Of a stretch of DNA of 64,000 bases, positions 1 to 11,099 are shown one piece after another; the stretch's first letter is position 1, and the number at the start of each line of letters is the position of its first letter. Source of the stretch: Sedimentisphaerales bacterium. Lineage in GTDB: Bacteria; Planctomycetota; Phycisphaerae; Sedimentisphaerales; SM23-30. The notes beneath the pieces are model-generated. The model was not told the origin of the DNA, did no database searches, and saw only the letters and a list, made by a program, of their open reading frames with translations. The DNA is taken from assembly GCA_963663965.2 (NCBI GenBank), contig CAXXFK010000018.1, positions 1 to 64,000 of the forward strand, read 5' to 3'. The translations under genes and the position numbers were made by a program.

Positions 1-117
1 CAGATCGAACCCAGGCTGGGATTGGAAGGCAATGCGGTGATCCAGTGTCAAAATCGCTCCCTGTTTTATATCCTGACTCACGAATTCACCGATTATGTGC
101 GGGTGAGCACATTTTAA
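1..117 (+). CDS. C-terminal end (5'-truncated) of a HlyD/efflux adaptor-family protein
   Basis: Frame 1 reads QIEPRLGLEGNAVIQCQNRSLFYILTHEFTDYVRVSTF* (stop 115-117). It resembles the C-terminus of the neighbouring M50/HlyD protein (KPYLSGRARIHCGYYTLFRW). Confidence 0.55.
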   Translation, partial: QIEPRLGLEGNAVIQCQNRSLFYILTHEFTDYVRVSTF

Positions 118-134
118 TCGAAAGGGTTATCATC

Positions 135-1089
135 ATGAATCTAGACAAAAATCGTTCTATCAGACTGGCGTTGCTCACGGCGATCACACTCTTCATTCTG
201 TCGCCGTTCAGCCTGTTGCCGGCTCAATCCTCCTCGGCCCGTTCTCAGCCTATTCCCTGTTCCTCCAGCCTCAGAAAGAAATTGTGCTCGGTTCAGAAAT
301 TACCGGCCTGATTATGGCTGTGAATGGTGAACCCCAGGATTACGTCGCCGCCGGCGAAACCTTGATTCAACTGGACAGTGGAACAACGGAACTGGAATTA
401 AAGGCCCTCGAAGCCCGACGCGACCTGTCGACCGTGATGGATGATGCCAGAATCAAACTGGAATACGCCCGCGATAATCTGAATATTGTCAAAGAGCTCT
501 ATGAAAAAATGATCGGCGAGTCCGCGTTGGCTCTTCCAAAGAACTCAAACAGGCCCAGCAGACGTTCGATTTGACCGAACTGGGTGTGAAAAACGCCACG
601 TTAGAATTGGAAATTCTCAAAATCTCTATCGAGCAGCGTCAGCAGGAGTTGAAAAAACATCGGATCATCGCGCCGGTTGAAGGCGTTCTGGTTCCCTTCG
701 CCAGTATCAAGAGCATGAAAGACCGTGTCGTTAAACGGGTCGAAACTGGCGAAATGGTGGCGCCCGGCCAGCCGCTCATCGCCATGATGAAGGTGGATAA
801 ATTACGTATTGATGTCCTGCTGGCTGTTCAGGATATCAACAAAGTCCGGATGGGCGGAAAAGCCCGTGTTTACATCGAAGGCGCCGGTCCGGAACCCCTG
901 AAAGCCGAAATTGTCTTTATCAGCCCGACCATCAACGGGCCGACCAGCCAGTTCCATGTCGAAGTCGAATTTGATAATCCCGCGGTGGATATGAAAGATC
1001 AACCCGCCGGCTCCTACCCGTTCAAATATCGTCCCGGAATGCGCGCCCGGGTCGAACTGGACAATATTGCTTCCAACGATAATGACTGA
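135..1089 (+). CDS. Efflux RND/HlyD-family periplasmic adaptor subunit (frameshifted, three ORF pieces)
   Basis: Signal/TM segment from ATG 135, lipoyl-like motifs (GSEITGLI..VAAGETLIQLD; IIAPVEG..GEMVAPGQPL), coiled coil and C-terminal YRPGMRARVE. Pieces 45-311, 284-574 and 571-1089 overlap in different frames. Confidence 0.75.
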
Positions 1090-1137
1090 TCCGCACGGAT
1101 GGATTTGGATAAATAATTTCACAGTATTGTTTCATAA

Positions 1138-3347
1138 ATGGCAGACCAGAACCAGAATCAAAATAACAAAACACCCGATGAACAGACCTTGCCCGGGGTA
1201 CGTTCGGAACTGGAGATTACCCGACAGGTTTACGACGGGCAGCCCTATTGGGTGTACAAGGATCCAATTGCCCTGCGCTATTACCGATTCAGCCGCGAAG
1301 AGCATTTTATCATCTCGCAAATGGCAAAGGAATGACCCTGGGCCAGTTGAAGCAGGCGCATTATGATGAATTTCACGGCGATTACCTGACCAACCAGGAG
1401 GTTGGTCAGTTTGTCAGCTCATTAATGGCCAAAAACTTACTGCTGAACCCGCATCCCGACCGCGATGAACTGTTTTATCGCACCTCGCGAAAGATCAAAT
1501 ACAAAAAATTCTACGCCCAGCTGGTCAATTTATTGTTTTTCAGAATTCCGGTTTACGATCCCGACAAAGCCCTGACTCGCATCCTGCCTTATATCCGCTT
1601 TTCTGGACGCGCGGTTTCTTTTTGTTTTATCTGGTTATGATCGCGGTGGCGATGATGCTGGTTATTCGGCGCTGGCCCGATTTTGTTTATATGTTCAAGG
1701 AGCAGTTCTTTACGCTTTTGAATCTTCCCATCATCATCGCCGCCTACTGGCTGATTAAAGTAATCCACGAGTTCGGCCATGGTTTCACCTGCAAGAATTT
1801 CGGCGGCGAGGTCCATGAAATTGGATTTATGTTCCTGGTGCTGGCCCCGTTTTTATATTGCAACGTGACTGATTCCTGGACTTTCGAAAAAAAAATATAC
1901 CGGATTATGACTACTGCGGCGGGTATTATGACCGAAGTGATGCTGGCGGCCATCGCGGCGATCGTCTGGGCTTTTACCGAACCGCCCGGTTTTATTCATG
2001 CCTTCTCCTTTAATATTGCCGTTTTGTGTTCCTTGTCGACTATTTTATTCAACGCCAATCCGCTCATGCGTTTCGATGGTTACTATATGATTATGGATTT
2101 AATGGAAGTCCCTAATCTGCGTCAGCGCGCGTCGCGGCTAATGAATTATCTTTTTATCCGTTATATCCTGGGTGGCCAGACCAGCGAGTTGCCCGAAGAG
2201 CATAAGTTTAAATTCGTCTTTCCCATGTATGCCGTCTGTGCGGCAATCTATCGCTGGTTCCTGGTCATCACGATTTCTTTTAGTGTTTATCGCTTGTTTG
2301 AGCGCGCTCATCTTCTCGTTCTGGGCCGGTTGCTGGTGATGGTCAGCCTGGTTTCCATGCTGTTTATACCTGTTTTTATGGGAGGCCGAAAATTGGTCAT
2401 GCAACGTTATAGCCTGGGCGTCAGCAATACCCGTCTTTTGACAATCCTGGCCATCCTGATCGTTGGAATGGGTCTCGCATTATTCTGTCCGCTGCCTCAA
2501 CACGTTACCCTGAATTTTATTCTCGAACCGGCCCAGATGGCCTGGTTGCGCAGTGAAGTGCCCGGAGTATTGGATTGGGACCCGCAGATTGTTGAAGGCG
2601 TCAAAGTCACTCTGGGCGAGCCGGTCGCCCGGTTGACCAATAATGAACTGCTTTGCCAGATCGAAGTCGCCCGTGCCCAGATCGAGCAGACGAAATCGAT
2701 CTGGCGGATTTCACCAGCCGCAGTCTGCAGGACCGCGTCACCCAGACTTCCGAACGGCTGGATATGCTTCAACGTCAGTTGACCCGTCTGACCGAACAGC
2801 AGGCGGCCCTTTCGATAAACGCGCCCTTTGCGGGCGAAATTCTCACCTCCGACCTGGATATGAAAAAGTTGCAGGGGGGGTACGTCCATGTCGGCACACC
2901 GCTGGCGCTGCTGGCGGATAGCGACACTCTGACTGCCCGGGTGTGGGTGCCCGAAAAAATGCTGGCGCGCATCCCGCAAAAAGAGGGTTCGCTTCAGACC
3001 ACCGCCGAATTAATGCTGTACGCCTATGCCGGCCGACCTTTTGCCGGGCAGATTAACGGCCCCGCGGCCACCACCCGGGAATTGAATATGGGGGAATTTG
3101 GCGAAAAACTGGCCTCAGCAACAAGGTGGGCGGCGAAATCCTGACCGAATATGATGCCGGCGCCAAACAGGAACGGCCCATGGAAGCGGTCTATGAAGTG
3201 ACCATTAATCTGGATCGGGATTCCATGCCGGATAGCGTCAAACCCTATCTGTCCGGACGGGCTCGAATCCATTGTGGCTATTATACCCTGTTTCGCTGGG
3301 GGATGGATTCCTTGCGGCGGGTCGTATCGCCCAATATCTGGCTGTGA
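1138..3347 (+). CDS. Site-2 protease (peptidase M50)-HlyD fusion with N-terminal PqqD-like region (frameshifted, five pieces)
   Basis: HEFGH zinc motif and NANPLMRFDGYY (NxxPxxxxDG) of M50 proteases, multiple TM helices, then lipoyl/adaptor segments (APFAGEI..GGYVHVGTPL). Pieces: 1138-1335, 1248-1640, 1622-2782, 2653-3144, 3126-3347. Confidence 0.8.
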
Positions 3348-3377
3348 TGCCACCGGTTTTTCTCACACCGGATCGAT

Positions 3378-3623
3378 TTAGAATTCCTCTTCTCTGATCT
3401 TATATTCTTCGATGGGCGCATCGTCGAGGATGTGTTTTTTCCACATCGTATATCGCTGATCGGAACCCGGCATCATTTTGGGAATAAACCGTTCTAAAAT
3501 CTTATTTTCACTCATCTCCGCTTCATAGCTGAGTTGCCGGCGCAACACTTCATAAATGGCATCCACTCCCTGGGATAAGGTTAAAATAGCAGCAGTCAGT
3601 TCGGCAGTTTTATCTTTATCCAT
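3378..3623 (-). CDS. Small hypothetical protein
   Basis: Stand-alone ORF filling the gap between two genes. Likely start MDKDK at 3623 with GGAG upstream. Confidence 0.5.
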   Translation of the reverse strand: MDKDKTAELTAAILTLSQGVDAIYEVLRRQLSYEAEMSENKILERFIPKMMPGSDQRYTMWKKHILDDAPIEEYKIREEEF

Positions 3624-3902
3624 CCTGGGCGATCTCCTCAATGGGCGATAATATTTCATACAATAGTCTGTCAGTCTATACCTGATGAGGGTTTCGAGTC
3701 AATCAGATTCGGTTGTCCGATAAGAATTTGGTTATTAAATGTGATAACAACCGCTTTCTCCGGTTAAAATTCTTATTGACAGACGGATCATTAACGGGTA
3801 ATTCAATCATTATCAATTGCCGATATGTTAAAAAACGTTAAATAATGTGCAATTTGAAAAGGGGTTCTGGTATTGATCATGGTTACCCGATCCAAAATCG
3901 AT

Positions 3903-5762
3903 ATGAAAAGGGTTCTGTTGCCCGCGTTTCTGCTGTTCGTTTTAGTGATGGGGGGACTGTCGTATTTATTGTTTCAGCAGTATATTATTGTGCAGGCGGA
4001 AAAAAGAGTCGAAAGCGTTCTCTATGAATCGGTCGCGTTACATCATTACGTCCAGAAATGCATGCATCCGGTCATGTACGAACTGAAAGAATCGGGTCGG
4101 CTTCCCAAAGAGTTTTACGCGCCGGAAATGTTATCTTCTTCTTATATCGCGCGCCATATGTTTCAATTATTCAATGAACAGCGTAAAATGGCAGGATTGC
4201 CCCCCGTAACCTATCGGATCGCCTCGGAAAATCCTCGAAATTCCGTCAATCAAGCCAGTGAGCGTGAAGCGGAATTGATCCGCATGTTTAATCAGGATCG
4301 CTCTAAAAAAAGTTTTCATCAAATAGTTCATGATAGCGGCAATCATTATCTGCTTTATGCCCAGCCTTTTCTTGAAGTCAAACCGGCCTGTTTAAAATGT
4401 CATGGCCGCCCGGAAGATACCCCCATTGAATTACGCCAGGCCTATAACTGGACCGGCGGATATGGCTTAAAAGTAGGTGATATCATCGCCGTTGAAACCA
4501 TTGAATCGCCTTTGGCCAGCGATTTAAAGGCTTCACAACTGTTTTTAATTGGTACCATTGGTGTCGTATTGACCCTGGGTGTTCTGGCCCTGCTCAATTT
4601 CAAATTAGCCTCATCAGTTCAGGATAAATCCCGGGAATTACTGGAGAGCCGTCATTCTCTGCTGGTCGCTCAAAACATTGCGCGCCTGGGAAATTGGCGT
4701 TATGATAAAACGCGTGATGAGTTCATGATTTCTGATATTTTTGCGGATATACTGGGGGATAAATCTCTTGGCAATCATGTCATTTCACTGGAGGATTTCA
4801 TTGACCATGTCCTCTGTGAGGATCAGCACCTGGTCCGGCAACATTTCAAAGACAGCCTTGATCAAGTTGCGGATGAATTGGAATTTCGGATTGTTAATCA
4901 AAAAAATTCGGAAATTCGAATTTTGCATTTAACCAGTCGGCTTCTTGACGATAATCAGAATGAACAGAGGTTAACCGGTGCCGTACAGGATATTACCGAA
5001 CGGGTCATGGCCGGTCAGGAACGGGAACGTTTGATTAGCGACCTGGAAGCTCGTAACCGGCAGCTGGAGCAGTATGCTTATTCCATTTCGCATGACTTGA
5101 AAACTCCTCTGGTTACCATTGAAGGATTTGTTGGATTCCTGGAAAAGAATCTGGCGGAAGGGGATCTGGAACAGGCTGCTGTCAGTATGGAGCATATCCG
5201 CCGGTCGTCTCATCAGATAAACGACCTGCTGCAGGATCTGTTGCATCTGACGGAAATCGGCCAGATGGAAATAACTTTCGAAAGGGTTAATCTGGAAAAA
5301 TTGATGCGTAATACGATTGACCGTTGTCATGCTCAAATCAACGCGCGGGGTATTCAATTGCTTGTCGATGACAATCTCCCGGTTATTCAGGGAAACGTCA
5401 GGGTATTGTCTCTTCTGTTCGACAATCTGATCGAAAATGCCATCAAATTTATGGGAGAACAGCAGAATCCAGCCATTCATATCGGATGCGAAATTCTGGA
5501 TGAACGCGTGCTGATTACAGTGGGTGATAATGGAATAGGCATTCCTGAGGTTTATCGGGAACGCATTTTCCGGTTGTTTGAAAAACTGGATGTCCGGTCG
5601 TTGGGGACCGGTATTGGCTTGACCATGGCGCGCCGCATTGTTGAACTGCATCATGGCCGTATCTGGGTGGAATCCAATAATCCCGGCAGCGTATTTTACA
5701 TCGAATTACCGCTATCGGCTCATGCTGGGGTTTATTCTGACACCCCGGTTGAAACGGCTTGA
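3903..5762 (+). CDS. Sensor histidine kinase with periplasmic c-type heme (DUF3365/Tll0287-like) domain, PAS, HisKA and HATPase
   Basis: TM, then ASENPRN and CLKCH (CxxCH), second TM, PAS-like region, H-box SHDLKTPL, N-box NLIENAIKF, G boxes DNGIGI and GTGIGL. The start could be as early as 3873/3879. Confidence 0.9.
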   Translation: MKRVLLPAFLLFVLVMGGLSYLLFQQYIIVQAEKRVESVLYESVALHHYVQKCMHPVMYELKESGRLPKEFYAPEMLSSSYIARHMFQLFNEQRKMAGLPPVTYRIASENPRNSVNQASEREAELIRMFNQDRSKKSFHQIVHDSGNHYLLYAQPFLEVKPACLKCHGRPEDTPIELRQAYNWTGGYGLKVGDIIAVETIESPLASDLKASQLFLIGTIGVVLTLGVLALLNFKLASSVQDKSRELLESRHSLLVAQNIARLGNWRYDKTRDEFMISDIFADILGDKSLGNHVISLEDFIDHVLCEDQHLVRQHFKDSLDQVADELEFRIVNQKNSEIRILHLTSRLLDDNQNEQRLTGAVQDITERVMAGQERERLISDLEARNRQLEQYAYSISHDLKTPLVTIEGFVGFLEKNLAEGDLEQAAVSMEHIRRSSHQINDLLQDLLHLTEIGQMEITFERVNLEKLMRNTIDRCHAQINARGIQLLVDDNLPVIQGNVRVLSLLFDNLIENAIKFMGEQQNPAIHIGCEILDERVLITVGDNGIGIPEVYRERIFRLFEKLDVRSLGTGIGLTMARRIVELHHGRIWVESNNPGSVFYIELPLSAHAGVYSDTPVETA

Positions 5763-5771
5763 AGCGGGCAT

Positions 5772-6854
5772 TTAAAGCCATTTGTTTTTCTTGAAAAGCC
5801 AGATCATCAAACCTCCGGCGGACAGCATGGCGATCCAGACCGCCAGATAGCCCCATTTCCAGTGCAGCTCCGGCATATGATCGAAATTCATACCGTAAAC
5901 ACCGGCGATAAAAGTTAAAGGGATGAAAATGGTCGCGATGATTGTCAGCACCTTCATCACATTATTCATGCGATTGCTGATGGTGGACATATACAGGTCA
6001 AGCAGCCCCGATACGATATCGCGATAACTCTCCGTGGTTTCGATCACCTGAATGGAATGGTCGTAAAGATCGCGCAAATAGGGATGACTGCTGTCATTTA
6101 TCAGTTCCGAGTCGGTTTTGATCAGGCTGTTGATCATTTCCCGCAGGGGCCAGATGCTTTTTTTCAAACTGATTAATTCCCGTTTCAGGCCATGGATGCG
6201 GTGTAATAAACGATCTTCCGGATGTTCGGTCAGTTCTTCTTCCAGAGTTTCTATTTTTTCCCCCAGTCTGTCCAGAATAACAAAGTAATAATCGACGATC
6301 GCGTCGATCAGGGCATACACCAGGTAATCACCCGACATTTTTCGGATCCGCCCTTTTCCGGTACGAATTCGCTCACGAATCATTTCGAAGACATCGCCGG
6401 GCTCTTCCTGAAACGAAATCACATAATCCGGGCCCAGCACCAGGCTGATGTGTTCTGAATGAACATGGTCTTTCTGGTCATCCCAGGTCAGCATTTTTAA
6501 GACAATGAATAAATATTGCTCATAATCTTCACACTTGGGTGGTTGCGAGGTGTTGAGAATATCTTCCAATATCAGGGGATGGAGTTTATATTTGGTTCCC
6601 ACTTTCTCGACCACGCTGATATCATGCAGACCGTCAATATTCAGCCAGGTGATCATGCTGGGTTCATGCTGGGTCAAAGCTTCTTCGATGACTTGCAGCC
6701 GCTCTTCCAGCAAGTGATCGTTATTGTACCGGAATAGTGTAATTCGAATCGATTCGATCCGTTTTTCTCCGACATGAACCAGGGTACCCGGCGGCAATCC
6801 GGTTTTGCTCGCGTATTTTTTCTTCCGGGTAAAAGGGATTTTGGTCAAAATCAT
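5772..6854 (-). CDS. corA: Magnesium/cobalt transporter CorA
   Basis: GLPPGTL N-terminus, YGMNF (GMN) signature, MPELHW, two C-terminal TM helices. Confidence 0.95.
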   Translation of the reverse strand: MILTKIPFTRKKKYASKTGLPPGTLVHVGEKRIESIRITLFRYNNDHLLEERLQVIEEALTQHEPSMITWLNIDGLHDISVVEKVGTKYKLHPLILEDILNTSQPPKCEDYEQYLFIVLKMLTWDDQKDHVHSEHISLVLGPDYVISFQEEPGDVFEMIRERIRTGKGRIRKMSGDYLVYALIDAIVDYYFVILDRLGEKIETLEEELTEHPEDRLLHRIHGLKRELISLKKSIWPLREMINSLIKTDSELINDSSHPYLRDLYDHSIQVIETTESYRDIVSGLLDLYMSTISNRMNNVMKVLTIIATIFIPLTFIAGVYGMNFDHMPELHWKWGYLAVWIAMLSAGGLMIWLFKKNKWL

Positions 6855-6935
6855 GAGACATCTCCTGTGATATACTGCTTACAATTAAAAATGCCCGCTG
6901 GGCCGTGATATCAGCAACACTGATCTTGCGAGCGT

Positions 6936-7862
6936 TCAGGAATTTTCATACCCATTGGGTATACTTTTTTCGGATCGTAACTTTGATGTGTCAATTCTGC
7001 TGTGAGTTGAGGCTAACAGGATGGCCGCAATAATCACCCCGCCGCCAATAATTGTCCTTAACGAAGGAATTTCGTGAAAAATCAGTAATGCGAATATAAT
7101 ACCGTATACCGGCTCCAGGGCAACAATTAAACCGGCCAGCTGGGTTTTCATGTGTTTCAGACCCGCAATAAACAGGGCATGGGATAGCCCGGTGCATAAA
7201 ACCCCCAGAATGAATAGCCAGGCCCAATCGGAAATGGAGATTTCCGTCAGGCGGCTCCCGATGAGGGGTGTTAATACCATCGATGCGATCAGGTTTTCAT
7301 ACATGGCGATCGACATGGCGGATTGGCTAGCTACCAGTTTTCGATTCATAATGGATAGCAGTGCAAAGGTGGCCCCGGATAGAATACCCCACAGGACGCC
7401 TTGAACAATGATGTTCTGCGGATCGATCGAAGGGGTGAGTATAAGCAAACCGGCCAGAATCATTCCCGCAGTAAATAAATCAAATTGACGTAATCGCTCA
7501 TTAAAAATGACCGGTTCCAGCAGGGTGACAAAAACCGGAAACGTTGAAAATCCAAGTAATCCAATGGCGACGGTTGACACCTGAATAGCCTGAAAAAAGG
7601 CGATCCAGTGAATGGCCAGGACCAGACCGGCTATGGTAATGGCAATAAACAGCTTCTTTCCGGATCCGGTTTTACGGATCTCTCCATTCCGGCGAATCAA
7701 CCGTAATCCGCATAGCGCTAATGTGGCAAAAAAAGCGCGTCCCCAGACTATCAGCAACGGGGACAGGGCCAGTCCCTTGCCAAAGAGTCCGGCCAATCCA
7801 AATAACAATACAGCCAGATGAACTTGCAGCATATCGCCACTATCATAACCGATGATTTCCAA
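6936..7862 (-). CDS. DMT/EamA family transporter
   Basis: About 10 TM helices in two repeats with EamA motifs (IFNERL; LEPVYGIIFALLIFHEIPS). The start may be at 7832. Confidence 0.88.
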   Translation of the reverse strand: MEIIGYDSGDMLQVHLAVLLFGLAGLFGKGLALSPLLIVWGRAFFATLALCGLRLIRRNGEIRKTGSGKKLFIAITIAGLVLAIHWIAFFQAIQVSTVAIGLLGFSTFPVFVTLLEPVIFNERLRQFDLFTAGMILAGLLILTPSIDPQNIIVQGVLWGILSGATFALLSIMNRKLVASQSAMSIAMYENLIASMVLTPLIGSRLTEISISDWAWLFILGVLCTGLSHALFIAGLKHMKTQLAGLIVALEPVYGIIFALLIFHEIPSLRTIIGGGVIIAAILLASTHSRIDTSKLRSEKSIPNGYENS

Positions 7863-8169
7863 TTTGTTGAGTAAATCCTGATACCACCCCGGAATATCGT
7901 ATATCCTTTAAATAAGATTTGAAGAAGTAGAATGTAACTGATTGATAGTAATGATGTTAATGAAAAATATCCGCATGAGGGGTTTCGTCGGGAAAATAAG
8001 GCATGGTTTTCGATTTCGCAAAGTCTTCATGGTTTAAAATAATGGTTCGATTATCGATTGGAATACTCCAGGTGCCGATACTCATTAATACCCTGGTTTC
8101 TATTGAAAATATCAAGTGCCCACTTATAATGTCTGTTGTATGGAATGCCTCTGTTGATAAAGGAAAATA

Positions 8170-8883
8170 ATGACCGACTCCACTGAAAATAATCGTGTTT
8201 CTGACCGGCTCAGTAGCTGTTCCTGCCATTGTGGTTGCGATGCGTCCCCGGCTGCCGTATCGACGCCCCGGCCCGTTACCTGGTGGCATTTCCACCGCCG
8301 CTTATACGACTGGGTGCTGCATTGGGCCAATACCCCATACGGCAACTGGGCGCTATTCATCCTCTCTCTGGCCGAATCCTCCTTCTTTCCCGTACCCCCC
8401 GATGTCCTGCTCGCCCCGCTCACCCTCGGCAATCGCAAAAAATGGTTTCAGTTCGCGCTCAATTGTTCCATCGCCAGCGTCATCGGTGGCGTCTTGGGAT
8501 ATCTGATCGGAGTCTTTCTTTGGGCCAGTATCGGCGAGTGGGTGTTTACTCATATGGCCTGGGCCAAGATCACGCCGGAAAACTTCGATAAATTCCAGAG
8601 CTGGTATGATAAATACGATTTCTGGATTGTTTTTCTATGTGGATTTACCCCTTTACCCTACAAAGTCTGTACCATTACCGCCGGTGTAGCCAAGATCAAT
8701 TTCATTGGCTTTTTTATCGCGTCCTCGGTCAGCCGGTCAGCTCGTTTCTTTCTGGTTGCCGGCCTGTTTGGCCGTTATGGCGAAACGATTAAACCATTCA
8801 TTGATAAATATTTTAATTGGCTGTGCCTGGCCTTTATGGCCCTGCTGATAGCCGGTTTTGCTGCGATTAAATTAATTCATTAA
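8170..8883 (+). CDS. YqaA/DedA (VTT/SNARE-associated) membrane protein
   Basis: AESSFFPVPPDVLL and GFTPLPYKV motifs. Confidence 0.88.
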   Translation: MTDSTENNRVSDRLSSCSCHCGCDASPAAVSTPRPVTWWHFHRRLYDWVLHWANTPYGNWALFILSLAESSFFPVPPDVLLAPLTLGNRKKWFQFALNCSIASVIGGVLGYLIGVFLWASIGEWVFTHMAWAKITPENFDKFQSWYDKYDFWIVFLCGFTPLPYKVCTITAGVAKINFIGFFIASSVSRSARFFLVAGLFGRYGETIKPFIDKYFNWLCLAFMALLIAGFAAIKLIH

Positions 8884-8918
8884 CGTTGAATCCGTTTCGT
8901 TAAAGAAGGAGCTTCGTC

Positions 8919-9476
8919 ATGACCGAAAAACAAAAACGCACACTGTTACAAGTTGCCAGAAAGGTGATCAAAGCAACCGTCGAAAGACGCCCGGTCAGCC
9001 AGTTTGAATCAGAGGACCCCCTCTTTAACGAGCCGCGCGGTTGTTTTGTGACGATGCATAACCATGGTCAGCTGCGCGGTTGTATTGGCGTTTTCGAGGC
9101 CCGGGGCTCATTACTGGAGATGATTGGCGAAATGGCGGCCGCTACGACCCGGGACAGTCGCTTTCAGGCTAATCCTGTCCGGCCGAAAGAACTGGCGCAA
9201 ATTGATATTGAGATTTCTGTGTTGTCGCCATTAACGAAGATTGACGATCCTCTCAACATCGAATTGGGCAAACACGGCATCTATATCAAACACGGCTGGC
9301 GGGGGGGCTGTTTCCTGCCGCAGGTCGCCACCGAAACCGGCTGGAGCAAAGAAGAATTTTTAGGAAACTGCTGTGCCCATAAAGCCGGCCTGGCTTACGA
9401 TGCCTGGCGCGATCCTGAAACGGATGTGCTGGTTTTCACTGCCGATGTTTTCGGCGAAAAAGATTTTGCCGGTTGA
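8919..9476 (+). CDS. amrA: AMMECR1-domain protein (AmmeMemoRadiSam system protein A)
   Basis: GCFVT..LRGCIG, IEISVLSP, FLPQVA and KAGL motifs. Confidence 0.9.
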   Translation: MTEKQKRTLLQVARKVIKATVERRPVSQFESEDPLFNEPRGCFVTMHNHGQLRGCIGVFEARGSLLEMIGEMAAATTRDSRFQANPVRPKELAQIDIEISVLSPLTKIDDPLNIELGKHGIYIKHGWRGGCFLPQVATETGWSKEEFLGNCCAHKAGLAYDAWRDPETDVLVFTADVFGEKDFAG

Positions 9477-9478
9477 GT

Positions 9479-10315
9479 TCATTTCGCTCCCAGCGCCTTG
9501 CTTAAGGTCAACAGCGCGACCGTAATAGTAAATAAAATAAACGCGATGCGCAGCACATTACGCGGCAGGGTATGAGTTAATCGTCCCCCGATATAACTGC
9601 CGATCATGGCGGTTGGAATGATGGCAATGGCCAGCCTGATCGATTCGGACACGGCAAAGCCATGCATGGGAAGTGTCGCGTTTTTATAAAAAGCCCCAAA
9701 TCCCGAAACACAAACAATCGTTAATGCGGAATTGGCGATCGCGCGCCGGAGTGGTATCCGCAAAAACATCAATTGCGCCGGCACGCATAACGCGCCCCCG
9801 CCAATACCCAGCAGGCCGGCCACAAATCCCATCGCGCCTCCCACCAGTAAAGTTCGTAGCGGATAGAGCGGGATGTCTTCCTCAGGATGAAATGCGTTTT
9901 TGCAGGTCAGATCGGCCCGGTATTTCCAGAGATTGTATAACGCGACATAACCCAGGAATCCCGCTAATCCCATGGCCAGATACCGGCCATTTTCACGCGC
10001 GAACAAAAAACTGTTACTCAATGAAACCCCACCCAGAATCCCGATGATCGCCGAAACAATCAAACGCCAGGCCACCGGCCCGATAACCGCTTTGGCCCGA
10101 ACATGGCTCAGAATCGAGGAACCGGCGATAAATACATTGCAGATCATCGCCGCCGCCTGCAATTTGTGCTGATCCTCACCACGATAGCCCTCGGGGGTCT
10201 GGCTCAGATACAGGATAAATGCCGGAATAATAATGGTCGAACCGCCCACGCCCAGCAGGCCGCCCAGCAGACCGGCTAATAAGCCGATAGTCCCTTGAAT
10301 GAACAGATCAATCAT
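9479..10315 (-). CDS. Sulfite exporter TauE/SafE family membrane protein
   Basis: Duplicated GLLG(V/I)GGG/S motifs, about 8 TM helices. Confidence 0.85.
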   Translation of the reverse strand: MIDLFIQGTIGLLAGLLGGLLGVGGSTIIIPAFILYLSQTPEGYRGEDQHKLQAAAMICNVFIAGSSILSHVRAKAVIGPVAWRLIVSAIIGILGGVSLSNSFLFARENGRYLAMGLAGFLGYVALYNLWKYRADLTCKNAFHPEEDIPLYPLRTLLVGGAMGFVAGLLGIGGGALCVPAQLMFLRIPLRRAIANSALTIVCVSGFGAFYKNATLPMHGFAVSESIRLAIAIIPTAMIGSYIGGRLTHTLPRNVLRIAFILFTITVALLTLSKALGAK

Positions 10316-10414
10316 GCCATTACTATAAAAGAAACCGTCCTGCCTGGCAAAAGAATTGCGTTAGAAACGGAATTGCGATAGGGGGGCGATACGGACTGTT
10401 CAACAACCCGTCTT

Positions 10415-10927
10415 TCAGGATTCCTCATGTTTCGGGGTCGATTTAACAATAATATTATTCCCTTCAATCCGGCTGACAATGATTTCACTGCCCGAACTGA
10501 TAAATTCCCGGGAAACCACGCTGAGTCGCCGGCCTTCCAGCAACGCGACGCCCGAGGGTCTCAGGTCGCTGAGCGCTTTTCCCGTCTGTCCAACCAGATT
10601 TTCCAGTTCCAGCGCGTCGACGCCGGGCTTCCCGGTGGTCGCGGGGGTTTGCTCAGGAACATTGCCCAGAATCATCCGCCTGACCAGCGGGGTTTTGGGC
10701 ATGATCGTCAATCCCAGTACCAATGCGATGGGGACAATGACAAGAGTAGCCAGCAGGAAAAACAGCCCCAGTTGCTCACTGGCCTCAAAAGCCTGCCAGA
10801 CCGATCCAACGATCATCCCTGCCGACAGTAATCCTAATATCCCGCCGGACGGCAGGAATAGCTCCAGAATAAAAAACAGGATTCCACCCAATAATAAAAT
10901 TAAAGGCACGATCAGTTCTGACATCAT
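10415..10927 (-). CDS. NfeD family protein
   Basis: ELFLPSGGILG TM region and C-terminal OB fold (LVGQTGKALSDLRPSG). Confidence 0.85.
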   Translation of the reverse strand: MMSELIVPLILLLGGILFFILELFLPSGGILGLLSAGMIVGSVWQAFEASEQLGLFFLLATLVIVPIALVLGLTIMPKTPLVRRMILGNVPEQTPATTGKPGVDALELENLVGQTGKALSDLRPSGVALLEGRRLSVVSREFISSGSEIIVSRIEGNNIIVKSTPKHEES

Positions 10928-11041
10928 ATAATCCTCACTGCTGGCCGGATTCGTTAATAGGCAACTATTTTACCCGGATAGCACTGCCATTACCAGAAAA
11001 TGTTGCCTGTTACACAGGCATCCTGCCCGGTTTATAGGCAT

Positions 11042-11068
11042 AAAAAAACGAGACCTGTTGGTCTCGTT
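11042..11068 (-). terminator. Rho-independent terminator of rpmB
   Basis: AACGAGACC-TGTT-GGTCTCGTT stem-loop with an A7 tract on + (U tract on -), about 30 nt after the rpmB stop. Confidence 0.75.
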
Positions 11069-11099
11069 ATAAAATTCGGATATTAATTCATTCAGGAGT

